From NCBI GenBank assembly GCA_043719805.1, contig JAYSTI010000051.1, positions 36,816-100,815 of the forward strand: a stretch of DNA of 64,000 bases, read 5' to 3'. The notes under the pieces are model-generated. The model was not told the origin of the DNA. It searched no databases and worked only from the letters and a program-made list of their open reading frames with translations. The stretch comes from Candidatus Lloydbacteria bacterium. GTDB lineage: Bacteria; Patescibacteriota; Minisyncoccia; Phycocordibacterales; UBA6899. Below, piece by piece: positions 10,648 to 19,493 of the stretch (positions within the stretch are counted from its first letter, which is position 1; each line of letters begins with the position of its first letter). Made by a program: the position numbers and the translations under genes.

Positions 10648-11850
10648 ATGGAAAAAAATATAAATGCCGTCGTTGTGATTATGGGAATTGTCGCAGTAAT
10701 CGCCCTCGGGGTTTATTTTTTTGGCACTGAAACAACTATGCCTCCCGGACTTATTCCTTCTCCCGTTGCGACAGATACCGTTTCCTCCGTGGTCCCTACT
10801 GTGCCCGTAGTGCCGGCAAATTTACGAACAACAATCGTGAAGGAACCCGTGATGACAAAAACAAAGTCAGCCGAAATAGCAATTGCAGGCAAGCGCGCAC
10901 CTGAACTTGTCCTATCGTCTGGATTCTCAAATACTGACCCGCTACTTATGAAGGATTTCATCGGGAAGAAGGTAGTCTTGGTGAATTTTTGGACAACCAC
11001 TTCGGTGAACTCGCTGCGCACCATGCCGTATCTGAATCAGTGGCATTTTAAATACAAAGACAAGGGCTTGGTCATTCTTTCCGTACACACACCACAGTTT
11101 GCCTTCGAGCGCTCCAAGGTCACCGTCGACAAGGTGGCATTTGTGCACAACATGCTCCATCCCATCATGCTCGACAATCAATTTGGGACTTGGAATGCAT
11201 GGCATAACACCATCTGGCCTTCACAGTACCTTGTTGATGTCAGCGGCAATATTGTTTACACGCACATGGGAGAGGGTGGTTACGAGGCTATGGAAACAAA
11301 GATCAATGAATTACTGACTGCGCGTGCAAGGAAATTAAATTTGCCAGTGGAAACATATGGCGCTTTCGAGGTTCCCGCCGCCGCACAGTTGGTGGATCTC
11401 ACGAAGATTAAGAGTGGCGATATGTACTTCGGTTCAGCACGTAACAACACGCTCGCGAACGGCACGCCGCTCACCGACGGCGCACAGTACATGAAACCAT
11501 TTACGACGGTCTTGCCCAATAAGATATACCTCACGGGTTCCTGGAATATTTCAAAGGAATTTGCACGGTCGGCGATTGAGAAAGATGTCATCACCTTCAA
11601 GTACAACGCAAAAAATGTTTACGTAGTACTTGGCTCAACCAACATGACAAAAGTGCGCGTGACGCTTGATGGGCAGCCCCTTGGCGACAACGCAGGAAAA
11701 GATATTCGTCTTGAGAATGGCATCAGCAGCATATATGTTACCGATGAACGAATTTATGAGATTGTGAAAGGTGTCGACTACGGAGAGCATACCGTTGAGT
11801 TGTACGTAGAGGGCTCCGGTCTAGAGGCGTTCATTGTCATGTTCGGTTAA
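10648..11850 (+). CDS. DipZ-like thioredoxin-fold (redoxin) protein with CxxC replaced by SxxS, plus C-terminal beta-sandwich domain
   Basis: N-terminal TM; VVLVNFWTTTSVNSLRTMPYLNQWHFKYKDKGLVILSVHTPQFAFE...WNAW...WPSQYLVD..G.IVYTHMGEGGYE matches the DipZ/redoxin thioredoxin-like family where the motif is WxxSCINC. Confidence 0.65.
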   Translation: MEKNINAVVVIMGIVAVIALGVYFFGTETTMPPGLIPSPVATDTVSSVVPTVPVVPANLRTTIVKEPVMTKTKSAEIAIAGKRAPELVLSSGFSNTDPLLMKDFIGKKVVLVNFWTTTSVNSLRTMPYLNQWHFKYKDKGLVILSVHTPQFAFERSKVTVDKVAFVHNMLHPIMLDNQFGTWNAWHNTIWPSQYLVDVSGNIVYTHMGEGGYEAMETKINELLTARARKLNLPVETYGAFEVPAAAQLVDLTKIKSGDMYFGSARNNTLANGTPLTDGAQYMKPFTTVLPNKIYLTGSWNISKEFARSAIEKDVITFKYNAKNVYVVLGSTNMTKVRVTLDGQPLGDNAGKDIRLENGISSIYVTDERIYEIVKGVDYGEHTVELYVEGSGLEAFIVMFG

Positions 11851-11882
11851 TCACAATCAACATATACATAAAGAATATCCAC

Positions 11883-12446
11883 ATGTTCAACCTGTGGATT
11901 TTTTTATATAATATGACAATGATAAACGAACAACTCGTAGGATACGTATCGGGGGAGCGTGTGCGTGGAGTTTCCGATGAAGCAATTAAGGCCGCACTTG
12001 CTGCGCAGGGGTGGAAGCCGGAGGACATCATGGCTTCGGTGGGTGGAGTTGGCGCTATTGCAAGTGGCCCAAGAGAATTATCATTCGGGAATTTATTTGA
12101 AGGACGATTGGGTCGCTGGCAATATTTTTTGACAAGCCTTTTGCTCGGCATTGCAGTTTTTGCAGTAGCCCTTTTGGTTGGTGTCGCCTCTCGTTCTTTG
12201 GGCGGGATATCTTTCTTAGTAGTAATAGCCGCTTACATAATTGCCGTACCGATCAGCATCTCACTCTCGGTGCGTCGCGCGCATGACATGAATTGGAGCG
12301 GTTGGTATGTTCTGTTCATGCTCGTTCCTTTTGTGAATTTCGTGTTTGCCCTGATCTTTCTTTTCAAACCAGGTACAGCGGGGGCAAATACCTACGGCCT
12401 ACCTCAGGGAGACCGCAATTTCAAAGATACGTTGTTAAATCAGTAG
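11883..12446 (+). CDS. DUF805-family inner membrane protein with N-terminal soluble extension
   Basis: RRAHDMNWSGWYVLFMLVPFVNFVFALIFLFKPGTAGANTYG typical DUF805 (YhaH-like); alternative start ATG at 11913. Confidence 0.55.
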   Translation: MFNLWIFLYNMTMINEQLVGYVSGERVRGVSDEAIKAALAAQGWKPEDIMASVGGVGAIASGPRELSFGNLFEGRLGRWQYFLTSLLLGIAVFAVALLVGVASRSLGGISFLVVIAAYIIAVPISISLSVRRAHDMNWSGWYVLFMLVPFVNFVFALIFLFKPGTAGANTYGLPQGDRNFKDTLLNQ

Positions 12447-12546
12447 TTTCCGGCACATAAGGCAGCCTTATGTAGTCTGTTATCCACAGACTGTGAACAG
12501 CTTATGCACAATTTTAAAGTGCGTTACTACTATTTTTCTCTTGCCT

Positions 12547-12555
12547 TGTTATAAT
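12547..12555 (+). promoter_or_regulatory. extended -10 promoter element (TGtTATAAT) driving riboswitch-metK transcript
   Basis: tgttataat at 12547-12555, ~15 nt upstream of riboswitch P1 region. Confidence 0.4.
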
Positions 12556-12569
12556 TCTCGTACAACCAA

Positions 12570-12700
12570 ATAGTGCTTTTATCGAGAGTGTGGAGTAGGG
12601 AATTGGCCCGACGATACCACCAGCAACCACCTTTGGAGAGGACCGGTGCTAAATCCAAGCCCCTATGGGGAAGATGAATGTGGTTGGAGGAATGATGGCA
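12570..12700 (+). promoter_or_regulatory. SAM-I (S-box) riboswitch
   Basis: cttttATCGAGAGtgtGGAGtAGGGAatTGGCCCGACGAtaCCacCAGCAACC...GGTGCTAAATCCaAGC matches the S-box consensus core (AUCnAGAGnnGGnGGAGGGAnnGGCCCgAuGAA...GCAACC...GGUGCUAAAUCC); immediately upstream of metK. Confidence 0.75.
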
Positions 12701-12702
12701 AC

Positions 12703-12742
12703 CAAAAAAGTCTTTCTGCAAAGGAAGGCTTTTTTGTTTTTT
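12703..12742 (+). terminator. riboswitch expression-platform intrinsic terminator
   Basis: aaaaaagtctttc-tgcaaa-ggaaggctttttt followed by gtttttt. Confidence 0.55.
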
Positions 12743-12788
12743 CTTGATTGCGCCTTGGATGTATTTTATTTTTTTAATCGCTTCGTCT

Positions 12789-13841
12789 ATGTCAAACGTT
12801 CAGAGTATTTATACGGTGGAGAGTGTTACAGAAGGTCATCCTGATAAAATGTGCGATCAGATATCAGATGCGGTTCTCGATGCATGCCTCGCGCAGGATC
12901 CGAAGAGTCGCGTTGCAATAGAAAGTTTTGGCGCGCATGGTTTGCTCGTCATCGGGGGGGAGCTCACAACTGATGCCACGATCGACGCCGAGACAATCGC
13001 GCGTGAGGTGTACAAGGACATCGGGTACGATGATGACCTAGAAATTATCACACGTATCGTGCAGCAGTCACCCGACATCGCGATGGGGGTTGACACTGAT
13101 GGTGCCGGCGATCAGGGTATCATGTATGGCTACGCGACAAATGAAACGCCCGAGTATCTTCCCGGCGGAATTACTCTGGTTCACAAGCTCACAAAGGGTT
13201 TGAGTGAACTTCGCAAAAGCGGGGAATTGGACTGGCTTCGACCCGACGGAAAGGCGCAGGTGACCATCGAAAACGGAAAGGTGCGCACCGTGCTGGTTTC
13301 AACGCAACACGCCGATTCGATTACTCAGCAGGAGATACGGCAGGCGCTCATCGATAAGCTCATCCGCCCACTCGTCGGTGACGTCGGTCGCATTGAGATA
13401 CTGGTCAATCCGACTGGCAGATTCGTTCAAGGGGGATTTGAGGCAGACACGGGGCTCACGGGCCGAAAGCTCATGGTAGACACGTATGGCGGCCTTGTGG
13501 CGCACGGAGGAGGGGCATTCTCGGGGAAAGACGCCACAAAAGTCGATCGTTCTGCGGCCTATATGGCCCGCTACGTCGCCAAGAATCTCGTTGCAAACAA
13601 ACATGCAAATGAGGCTACGGTATCGGTCGCTTACGCCATCGGGCACCCTCTGCCGCTTATGGTTTCTGCGATTGATGAAGATGGGCGCGACATCAGTGAG
13701 GCCGTCAAAAAACGATTTGATTTTCGCCCGAAAGCAATCATTCAACAATTGAATTTGCGCCGCCCCATCTATCGGCAAACTGCTTCATATGGTCACTTTG
13801 GTAAAGCAGGTCTTCCGTGGGAGGAGGTCATCAAGATGTAA
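12789..13841 (+). CDS. metK: S-adenosylmethionine synthetase
   Basis: ESVTEGHPDKMCDQISDAVLDA, GDQGIMYGYATNETPEYLP, DTYGG, GAFSGKDATKVDRSAAY motifs; start chosen at 12789 (ORF-track start 12744 would lie inside the riboswitch terminator). Confidence 0.9.
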   Translation: MSNVQSIYTVESVTEGHPDKMCDQISDAVLDACLAQDPKSRVAIESFGAHGLLVIGGELTTDATIDAETIAREVYKDIGYDDDLEIITRIVQQSPDIAMGVDTDGAGDQGIMYGYATNETPEYLPGGITLVHKLTKGLSELRKSGELDWLRPDGKAQVTIENGKVRTVLVSTQHADSITQQEIRQALIDKLIRPLVGDVGRIEILVNPTGRFVQGGFEADTGLTGRKLMVDTYGGLVAHGGGAFSGKDATKVDRSAAYMARYVAKNLVANKHANEATVSVAYAIGHPLPLMVSAIDEDGRDISEAVKKRFDFRPKAIIQQLNLRRPIYRQTASYGHFGKAGLPWEEVIKM

Positions 13842-14019
13842 AATAACCGAGTAGGCTTCTTACTGGAATTCAGGGAATGGCCGATTTCTTAATCGGAACC
13901 ACTCCCTCCCAGTTTGCCTTGTCTTCAAGGCTAGGCACTTCGGGAAACCCGGGCTTCCATGGGAAGAGGTCATAACAATGTAAGGTGACCACCGTAAAAA
14001 AATAGGATATTTGAGAAAA

Positions 14020-14044
14020 AACACCCTACATTAAGTAGGGTGTT
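14020..14044. terminator. bidirectional hairpin terminator between metK and the convergent membrane protein gene
   Basis: aacaccctac-attaa-gtagggtgtt perfect 10-bp stem, A-tract on the 5' side (T-tract for minus strand). Confidence 0.5.
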
Positions 14045-14561
14045 GTGTTTGTGGGAGCGGGTCGCACGCATCAAGCAGGAGGCATGCCCAAATCAGAATG
14101 GCGGTCAGGCTTGAAACAGCCATGTAGACGAGAATAACCGTGTCGCCGATGCGTTCCGGGAAGCTGAGCGCAAGGAAGCCGAATGAAACGAAGAGGAGGA
14201 CAATGCTCGTTAGCATCGAAAGTCGAATGCGCATGAGGATGTAACTTTCTCGAGCGGGGTTCGCTTCTTTGTTTGTCGCCCGCCCTTTTGATTTTGCGAG
14301 TGCGTTGTCGCTATAGAAAAAAGACAAATAAAAAGAATAGCCGCACATCGCAAATATAATTACGTTGCGAAACGTGCCTTGCGATACGTGATGCATTTCG
14401 TCGAGTAGTACGAAGAGCATGAGAAATGCTGCAAAGAATCCTGTGAGCAGCTTGAGCCAGAAAAAATTCGTTTTCCCTGTCACTCGTTCGAATCGGTGGC
14501 ATGCCGTTTCAATGGTCCGAACACAGATGAGATCAAAGAGCGTGAGCGTGTTCATGAACAC
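14031..14561 (-). CDS. hypothetical polytopic membrane protein
   Basis: 176-aa ORF with 4-5 hydrophobic helices; no recognisable motif. Confidence 0.4.
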   Translation of the reverse strand: MFMNTLTLFDLICVRTIETACHRFERVTGKTNFFWLKLLTGFFAAFLMLFVLLDEMHHVSQGTFRNVIIFAMCGYSFYLSFFYSDNALAKSKGRATNKEANPARESYILMRIRLSMLTSIVLLFVSFGFLALSFPERIGDTVILVYMAVSSLTAILIWACLLLDACDPLPQTQHPT

Positions 14562-14658
14562 CCTTTCGTGTGTTTCTCTTACCCTTTGATACCATCTGGA
14601 GAATAGTTGTCAATGAGTTTTCAATAAAAAAACCGGATCATGTGATCCGGTCAGTGCG

Positions 14659-16194
14659 TTAGAGCACTTCTTCTGCGAACGATGCCAACCGCGAGCGTTC
14701 ACCGCCCTTCAGTGTGATGTGCCCGACGAAAGGACATCCCTTGAAGCGATCAACGACGTAGGTGAGACCCGAGCTACCTTCCGTAAGGTACGGAGTGTCA
14801 ATCTGCGCCAGATTGCCGAGAAGCACGATCTTTGTGCCATCGCCGGCGCGGGTGATGAGCGTCTTCGCCTGCTTCGGCGTGAGATTCTGCGCCTCGTCAA
14901 TGATGACCCACTTGTTGAGGAACGTTCTCCCGCGCATGAAGTTGAGTGACTTGATCTTGACGCGATCGCCGAACCCCTTGTTCTGTCGGACGTCTGCGGC
15001 GACACCGGAGCCCTTCGAGCTGTGAGCTTTCAGGAGTGTCTCGGGGTTGCCGTTAAGCACCTCCAGATTGTCATAGAGTGCGCCCATCCAAGGCTCCATC
15101 TTCTCTTCTTCGGAACCGGGCAGGAAGCCGATGTCATCTCCGACAGGAACAGTTGCTCTTGTCATGATGATGTCGTTTTTCCCCGCAAGTCCTGCTGCGA
15201 GCGCAAGGAGCGTTTTGCCGCTACCAGCGATGCCGACAAGGCTCACGAAATCGACGTCAGGATTCATGAGCAAGTTGAGCGCAAAGTTCTGCTCGCGATT
15301 GCGCGCGACGATGCCCATGACGCTGTGCTCTTTGGATCCATGACTGGTTAGCACCTGAAGAACTGCCTCTTTTGCCGATGCTTCTCGTACGACGGCATGA
15401 AAGTCTTGCTCAGCACTTTCGTGGAAGACGAATTGGTTGACCCGCATTTGCACGCAGATCTTTCCTCGGACCACGCACACTTTGCCTTGCTCCGTCCAAT
15501 CGACTTCAGTGGTCATCCAAAAGTTCTTCGGCAGTTCCAAGGAGCCGGTATACAGGAGGTCGATGTCCTGGAGCACCTTGTCGTTCTTGTAATCTTCGAC
15601 CACAAGTCCGAGCGCACGAGCTTTGACGCGCATGTTGATGTCGTTGGACACCAGAACAACATTGCGTCCGGGTTCACGTAGGCGGAGGGCTTGGACGACG
15701 CCGAGAATTTGGTTGTCCGCCTTTCCGTCAGGAAGATCTGCCGGAAGTTTGACTCCGGGAAGATTCGTCTGGAAGAAGAGCCTTCCGGTGGCATTGAGAT
15801 GCCCGGTTCCGTTCAGTAGATAGCCCTTCGACATCGCCGTGATGTCGCTACTCGGAATCTTCGACAGAAGAGCGTCGAGATCACGAGTTACTTGGCGTAC
15901 GTTGCGCGCCTCCTCGGTCATGCCTTTCTTGTGGCCATCGAGCTCTTCGAGCGTGATCATGGGCAGATAGACGTCATGCTCTTCAAAGCGGAAGAGTGCT
16001 GACGGGTCATGCATGAGGACGTTCGTGTCGAGCACGAACAGGCTTGCCGGTTTTTTGCTCATAGCCCCTGTCTTTGTTGGTGAGGGCGATTTGGTCGCCT
16101 TTGTTACCTTTGTGCTTGGCGCAATCTCGCTTTGTGCGAGGACAGAGGAAGGCAGACTAGCAGCCTTCTTGACTGGCGGCTTGGGCAGTGGCAT
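14659..16194 (-). CDS. PhoH-like ATPase with N-terminal PIN domain (PhoH2/YlaK family)
   Basis: PIN signature VLDTNVLMHDP...LEELDGHKK; ATPase Walker A GIAGSGKTLLALAAGL and Walker B VIIDEAQN; likely true start at internal ATG 16062 preceded by AGGGG Shine-Dalgarno-like, the 44-aa K/P/S/T-rich extension is doubtful. Confidence 0.8.
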   Translation of the reverse strand: MPLPKPPVKKAASLPSSVLAQSEIAPSTKVTKATKSPSPTKTGAMSKKPASLFVLDTNVLMHDPSALFRFEEHDVYLPMITLEELDGHKKGMTEEARNVRQVTRDLDALLSKIPSSDITAMSKGYLLNGTGHLNATGRLFFQTNLPGVKLPADLPDGKADNQILGVVQALRLREPGRNVVLVSNDINMRVKARALGLVVEDYKNDKVLQDIDLLYTGSLELPKNFWMTTEVDWTEQGKVCVVRGKICVQMRVNQFVFHESAEQDFHAVVREASAKEAVLQVLTSHGSKEHSVMGIVARNREQNFALNLLMNPDVDFVSLVGIAGSGKTLLALAAGLAGKNDIIMTRATVPVGDDIGFLPGSEEEKMEPWMGALYDNLEVLNGNPETLLKAHSSKGSGVAADVRQNKGFGDRVKIKSLNFMRGRTFLNKWVIIDEAQNLTPKQAKTLITRAGDGTKIVLLGNLAQIDTPYLTEGSSGLTYVVDRFKGCPFVGHITLKGGERSRLASFAEEVL

Positions 16195-16307
16195 GTGATA
16201 CCTCAGGTTGGTTGATGAAAATGAACTCCCGTTCTCAAACTACAACGATTTCATATTTACGCAAGGCCTAACTATGCTACAATGGTTTTCAAGTACAAAA
16301 AGCACAA

Positions 16308-18125
16308 ATGGATCAAGCACCACTACAACTTGGAAGGAATGTTTTGAAGGAAGCAGGGCAGCCGCACGGAGGGGCTTTCATGTTGGTTCTCACCCCGATC
16401 ATTCTTTTCGGATGGGCCATTGGCATTGGCTGGCTCTCATACGTGCTCCCCGGGTCTGCCTACTCAAGTTACACATGGGAGATAATTAGTGGGATTGGTG
16501 CAATTCTTGCTTTTATTGTTACATTCATCCTTTTTTTAATATTACCGAAGTACCTTCAATTTTCTAAGCGTGCGAGCGTGGCGGTCGAGAGCACTGCAAC
16601 AAAGGGTGCGCGCTATGTCCGTGCTTTAATAGGGTCTGGTCTTGGATTCTGGGATCTCGATATTAAGTCCGGTGAACTGTTCATGTCCGGAAGTATGATG
16701 AGCATGCTTGGTTACGCTGACCGTGACAAGCTTGCGAATTTTCAATTCTGGCTAGAGAACGTGCATCCGGAAGATGCTGAGGGCCTCAAGCGCACAATGG
16801 AATACGCAATCGACAAACGCACTCCGGATTATTCCATTGAGTACCGCATGAAAAGATCAAATGGGGAATACGTATGGGTTGCTGATAAGGGGCGGGCTAT
16901 TACCGATCCTGCGACCGGGAAGGCTCTCCAACTCGCAGGTGTAACGCAGGATATTTCAAATGTAAAGCGTGTTCAGGAGGTGCTCGAAAGCAGAACACTC
17001 GAACTCGAAGGGGCACAGAACAAGATTGAACAAGAAATCCAAAACGTGCGCAAGTTCCAAAGGGCCGTTGATTCATCAACAGAAGCCGTGTTCATTACTT
17101 CTCCTGACGGAGCGATTGTTTACGTCAATCCGGCCTGGATGGCCCTCAACGGCTATACCGAAGACGAGGCGCTCGGAAGAAATCCACGCCTATTGCGTAG
17201 TGGCGACTCGAAACCGGACGTTTTTATTGCTATGTGGGAGAAAATTTCCGCAGGTGTCCCTTTTCATACCGAAGACGTTGTGAATCGTCGTAAAGACGGT
17301 TCAATCTATCAGGCGGAATTGTCTATCTCCCCGATACGAGAAGGAGCACAGACGTTGTTCTACGTTGCCCTGTGTCAAGACATTACACTTCGTAAAGACG
17401 TTGACCGCGCCAAGACGGAGTTTGTCTCACTTGCATCGCATCAGTTACGAACCCCGCTTTCCGCTATTCGCTGGTATTCAGAGATGTTGCTTTCGAAGTA
17501 CGTAGGGGAGTTGAACGAAAAACAGCGTCAATACGTAAAGGAAATCTACTCCGGAAATCTCCGCATGGTTGAGCTGGTGAATGCACTGTTGAATGTTTCA
17601 CGCATCGACCTCGGCACGTTCGCCGTTGAGCCGGAGCCGGTCAATCTCGTCGAAATATGCGATAGCGTCATATCGGAGCTTACGCCGCAGATAAATGAGC
17701 GCACGCAGACTATCGAGCGTATTTTTGGTGGCGCTCCGGCCACGTACATCGCAGACCCGAAGCTTATTCGTATCGTATTTCAGAATTTTCTCTCCAACTC
17801 GGTCAAATATACACAGGCGGGGGGTCACGTCATCGCAGAAATCGGAACACGGGAGAACAGCTTATATATTCGCGTGTCCGACAACGGTTATGGCATTCCA
17901 AAAGCGCAGCACGCCAAGATATTTGAAAAGCTTTTCCGTGCAGATAACGTAAGACAAAAGGATACCGAGGGTACGGGGCTTGGTATGTATATTGTCAAAG
18001 CAATAGTGGAGTCATCGGGGGGCAAGATTTGGTTTGAGTCCGAGGAAAACAAGGGGACTACGTTCCATGTGATGTCGCCGATGAGCGGTATGACCAAAAA
18101 GACGGGTATGCGGGGGCTAACTTAG
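16308..18125 (+). CDS. sensor histidine kinase with N-terminal TM helices and PAS domains
   Basis: two TM segments, PAS-like repeats, HisKA H-box FVSLASHQLRTPLSAIRWYSEML, HATPase_c N/G boxes (LSNSVKYT, DNGYGIP, GTGLGM). Confidence 0.85.
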   Translation: MDQAPLQLGRNVLKEAGQPHGGAFMLVLTPIILFGWAIGIGWLSYVLPGSAYSSYTWEIISGIGAILAFIVTFILFLILPKYLQFSKRASVAVESTATKGARYVRALIGSGLGFWDLDIKSGELFMSGSMMSMLGYADRDKLANFQFWLENVHPEDAEGLKRTMEYAIDKRTPDYSIEYRMKRSNGEYVWVADKGRAITDPATGKALQLAGVTQDISNVKRVQEVLESRTLELEGAQNKIEQEIQNVRKFQRAVDSSTEAVFITSPDGAIVYVNPAWMALNGYTEDEALGRNPRLLRSGDSKPDVFIAMWEKISAGVPFHTEDVVNRRKDGSIYQAELSISPIREGAQTLFYVALCQDITLRKDVDRAKTEFVSLASHQLRTPLSAIRWYSEMLLSKYVGELNEKQRQYVKEIYSGNLRMVELVNALLNVSRIDLGTFAVEPEPVNLVEICDSVISELTPQINERTQTIERIFGGAPATYIADPKLIRIVFQNFLSNSVKYTQAGGHVIAEIGTRENSLYIRVSDNGYGIPKAQHAKIFEKLFRADNVRQKDTEGTGLGMYIVKAIVESSGGKIWFESEENKGTTFHVMSPMSGMTKKTGMRGLT

Positions 18126-18162
18126 TGGATAGCCCTATTCGCTTAAAAAAGAACGTGGTAGG

Positions 18163-18576
18163 ATGAACAACATGGAAGAAGTTAAAAAAATGAAAATATT
18201 AATTCTTGAAGATGAGCGACAGCTTGCAAAAGCGGTGCGCGATGCTTTTACGGAGCGCGGATTTGAGGCGATAGTTGTCGCGACGGTGAGTGACGGAATA
18301 AAACAGCTTGAAAATCTCAAAATGGTCGACATCGTCTGGCTCGATCACTACTTACTCGGAGCAGAGAATGGCCTCGACTTCGTTGTTCAATTAAAAAATC
18401 ATCCCACCTGGAAAAATATCCCCATCTTTGTTGTATCCAACAACGCATCGACGACGAACATTCGTTCCTATATTCAGCTTGGTGTCACAAATTATTATAC
18501 AAAAGCAGATTACGACATCAGTCAGATTATCAACGACATCAAATACTCACTGCAGCAAAAAACACCCGCGCAATAA
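18163..18576 (+). CDS. single-domain response regulator (receiver only)
   Basis: ILILEDE...VDIVWLDHYL...IFVVSN...YYTKAD receiver signature, no output domain. Confidence 0.75.
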   Translation: MNNMEEVKKMKILILEDERQLAKAVRDAFTERGFEAIVVATVSDGIKQLENLKMVDIVWLDHYLLGAENGLDFVVQLKNHPTWKNIPIFVVSNNASTTNIRSYIQLGVTNYYTKADYDISQIINDIKYSLQQKTPAQ

Positions 18577-18588
18577 CGACTTGAGACC

Positions 18589-18981
18589 ATGACAGAACTA
18601 CTCAATAAAAAAATATTAATAGTTGAAGATGAGGCCCCGTTGCGTAATGCGGTCACTGATATTTTGACATTCGAGGGGTTTACTGTCTTTCAGGGAAAGA
18701 ATGGGCAGGAGGGACTCGACATCGCGCTTCTCGAGCACCCCGACCTTATCCTCCTCGACCTTATGATGCCCGTCATGGACGGACTTACGATGCTTGAGAA
18801 ACTTCGCCAAGATCCGTTATACGGGAAGAGTGCCGCCGTTATTTTGCTTACCAACATCAATGACCCGGACAAGGTCGCCCAGGCGACCGAGGCAGGGTCC
18901 TATGATTTTTTGGTGAAATCAGATTGGAATATCGAGGATGTTGTGAAAAAAATAAAAGGCCGTCTTGGGCTTCCTTTGTAG
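18589..18981 (+). CDS. single-domain response regulator (receiver only)
   Basis: KILIVEDEAPLR...DLILLDLMMPVMDGLTML...LLTNI receiver signature. Confidence 0.8.
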   Translation: MTELLNKKILIVEDEAPLRNAVTDILTFEGFTVFQGKNGQEGLDIALLEHPDLILLDLMMPVMDGLTMLEKLRQDPLYGKSAAVILLTNINDPDKVAQATEAGSYDFLVKSDWNIEDVVKKIKGRLGLPL

Positions 18982-19033
18982 TCTTTGTCGTCTTTGTCGT
19001 AAAAATATAATTTTAAAAGAAATAAAAATAATT

Positions 19034-19414
19034 ATGGACAAGAAGCACATTTTAGTTGTTGAAGATGAGTTGCCACTTAGACAAGTCCTTGCAGACAAGC
19101 TCACAGACGAAGGTTTTGAAGTGACGAAGGCGCTGAACGGTGAGCAGGGGCTTAAATTGGCATTGGAGCTTCACCCCGATCTCATTCTTCTTGACCTCGT
19201 TATGCCCGTTATGGACGGACTTACGATGCTTGAAGAGCTGCGACGTGATGAAGATTACGGAAAATTCGCGCCGGTTATTTTGCTCACAAATATCAACGAC
19301 CAAGACCGAGTTGCGCAGGCGACCGAGGCGGGTTCTTATGATTACCTCGTGAAGGCAGACTGGGACCTCAACGACGTCGTGAAGCGCGTCAGAGCCAGAC
19401 TGTCTATCGGATAG
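19034..19414 (+). CDS. single-domain response regulator (receiver only), close paralog of 18589-18981
   Basis: HILVVEDELPLR...DLILLDLVMPVMDGLTMLEEL...LLTNINDQDRVAQATEAGSYDYLVKADWDL nearly colinear with preceding gene; start taken at ATG 19034 (ORF-track 18965 is an upstream alternative start). Confidence 0.8.
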   Translation: MDKKHILVVEDELPLRQVLADKLTDEGFEVTKALNGEQGLKLALELHPDLILLDLVMPVMDGLTMLEELRRDEDYGKFAPVILLTNINDQDRVAQATEAGSYDYLVKADWDLNDVVKRVRARLSIG

Positions 19415-19458
19415 TGTTAATTCGGTCAAAATACGTGTGCCGCTAGGCGCATAGTATT

Positions 19459-19487
19459 TTGCAAATATAAAACAAAAAGATTATACT
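19459..19487 (+). promoter_or_regulatory. candidate promoter TTGCAA-17-TATACT placed 6 nt before the ATG (leaderless transcript)
   Basis: TTGCAA 19459-19464, 17-nt spacer, TATACT 19482-19487, ATG at 19494. Confidence 0.4.
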
Positions 19488-19493
19488 CCCACC

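Noticed and set aside
12744-12788. Upstream in-frame ATG start for metK given by the ORF track
   Set aside because: Would place the riboswitch terminator U-tract inside the coding region and add a hydrophobic MIAPWMYFIFLIASS extension absent from MetK proteins
18981-19000. gtctttgtc gtctttgtc tandem repeat as possible CRISPR/minisatellite
   Set aside because: Only two 9-bp units, no spacers, no cas genes; sits in an intergenic spacer between paralogous REC genes
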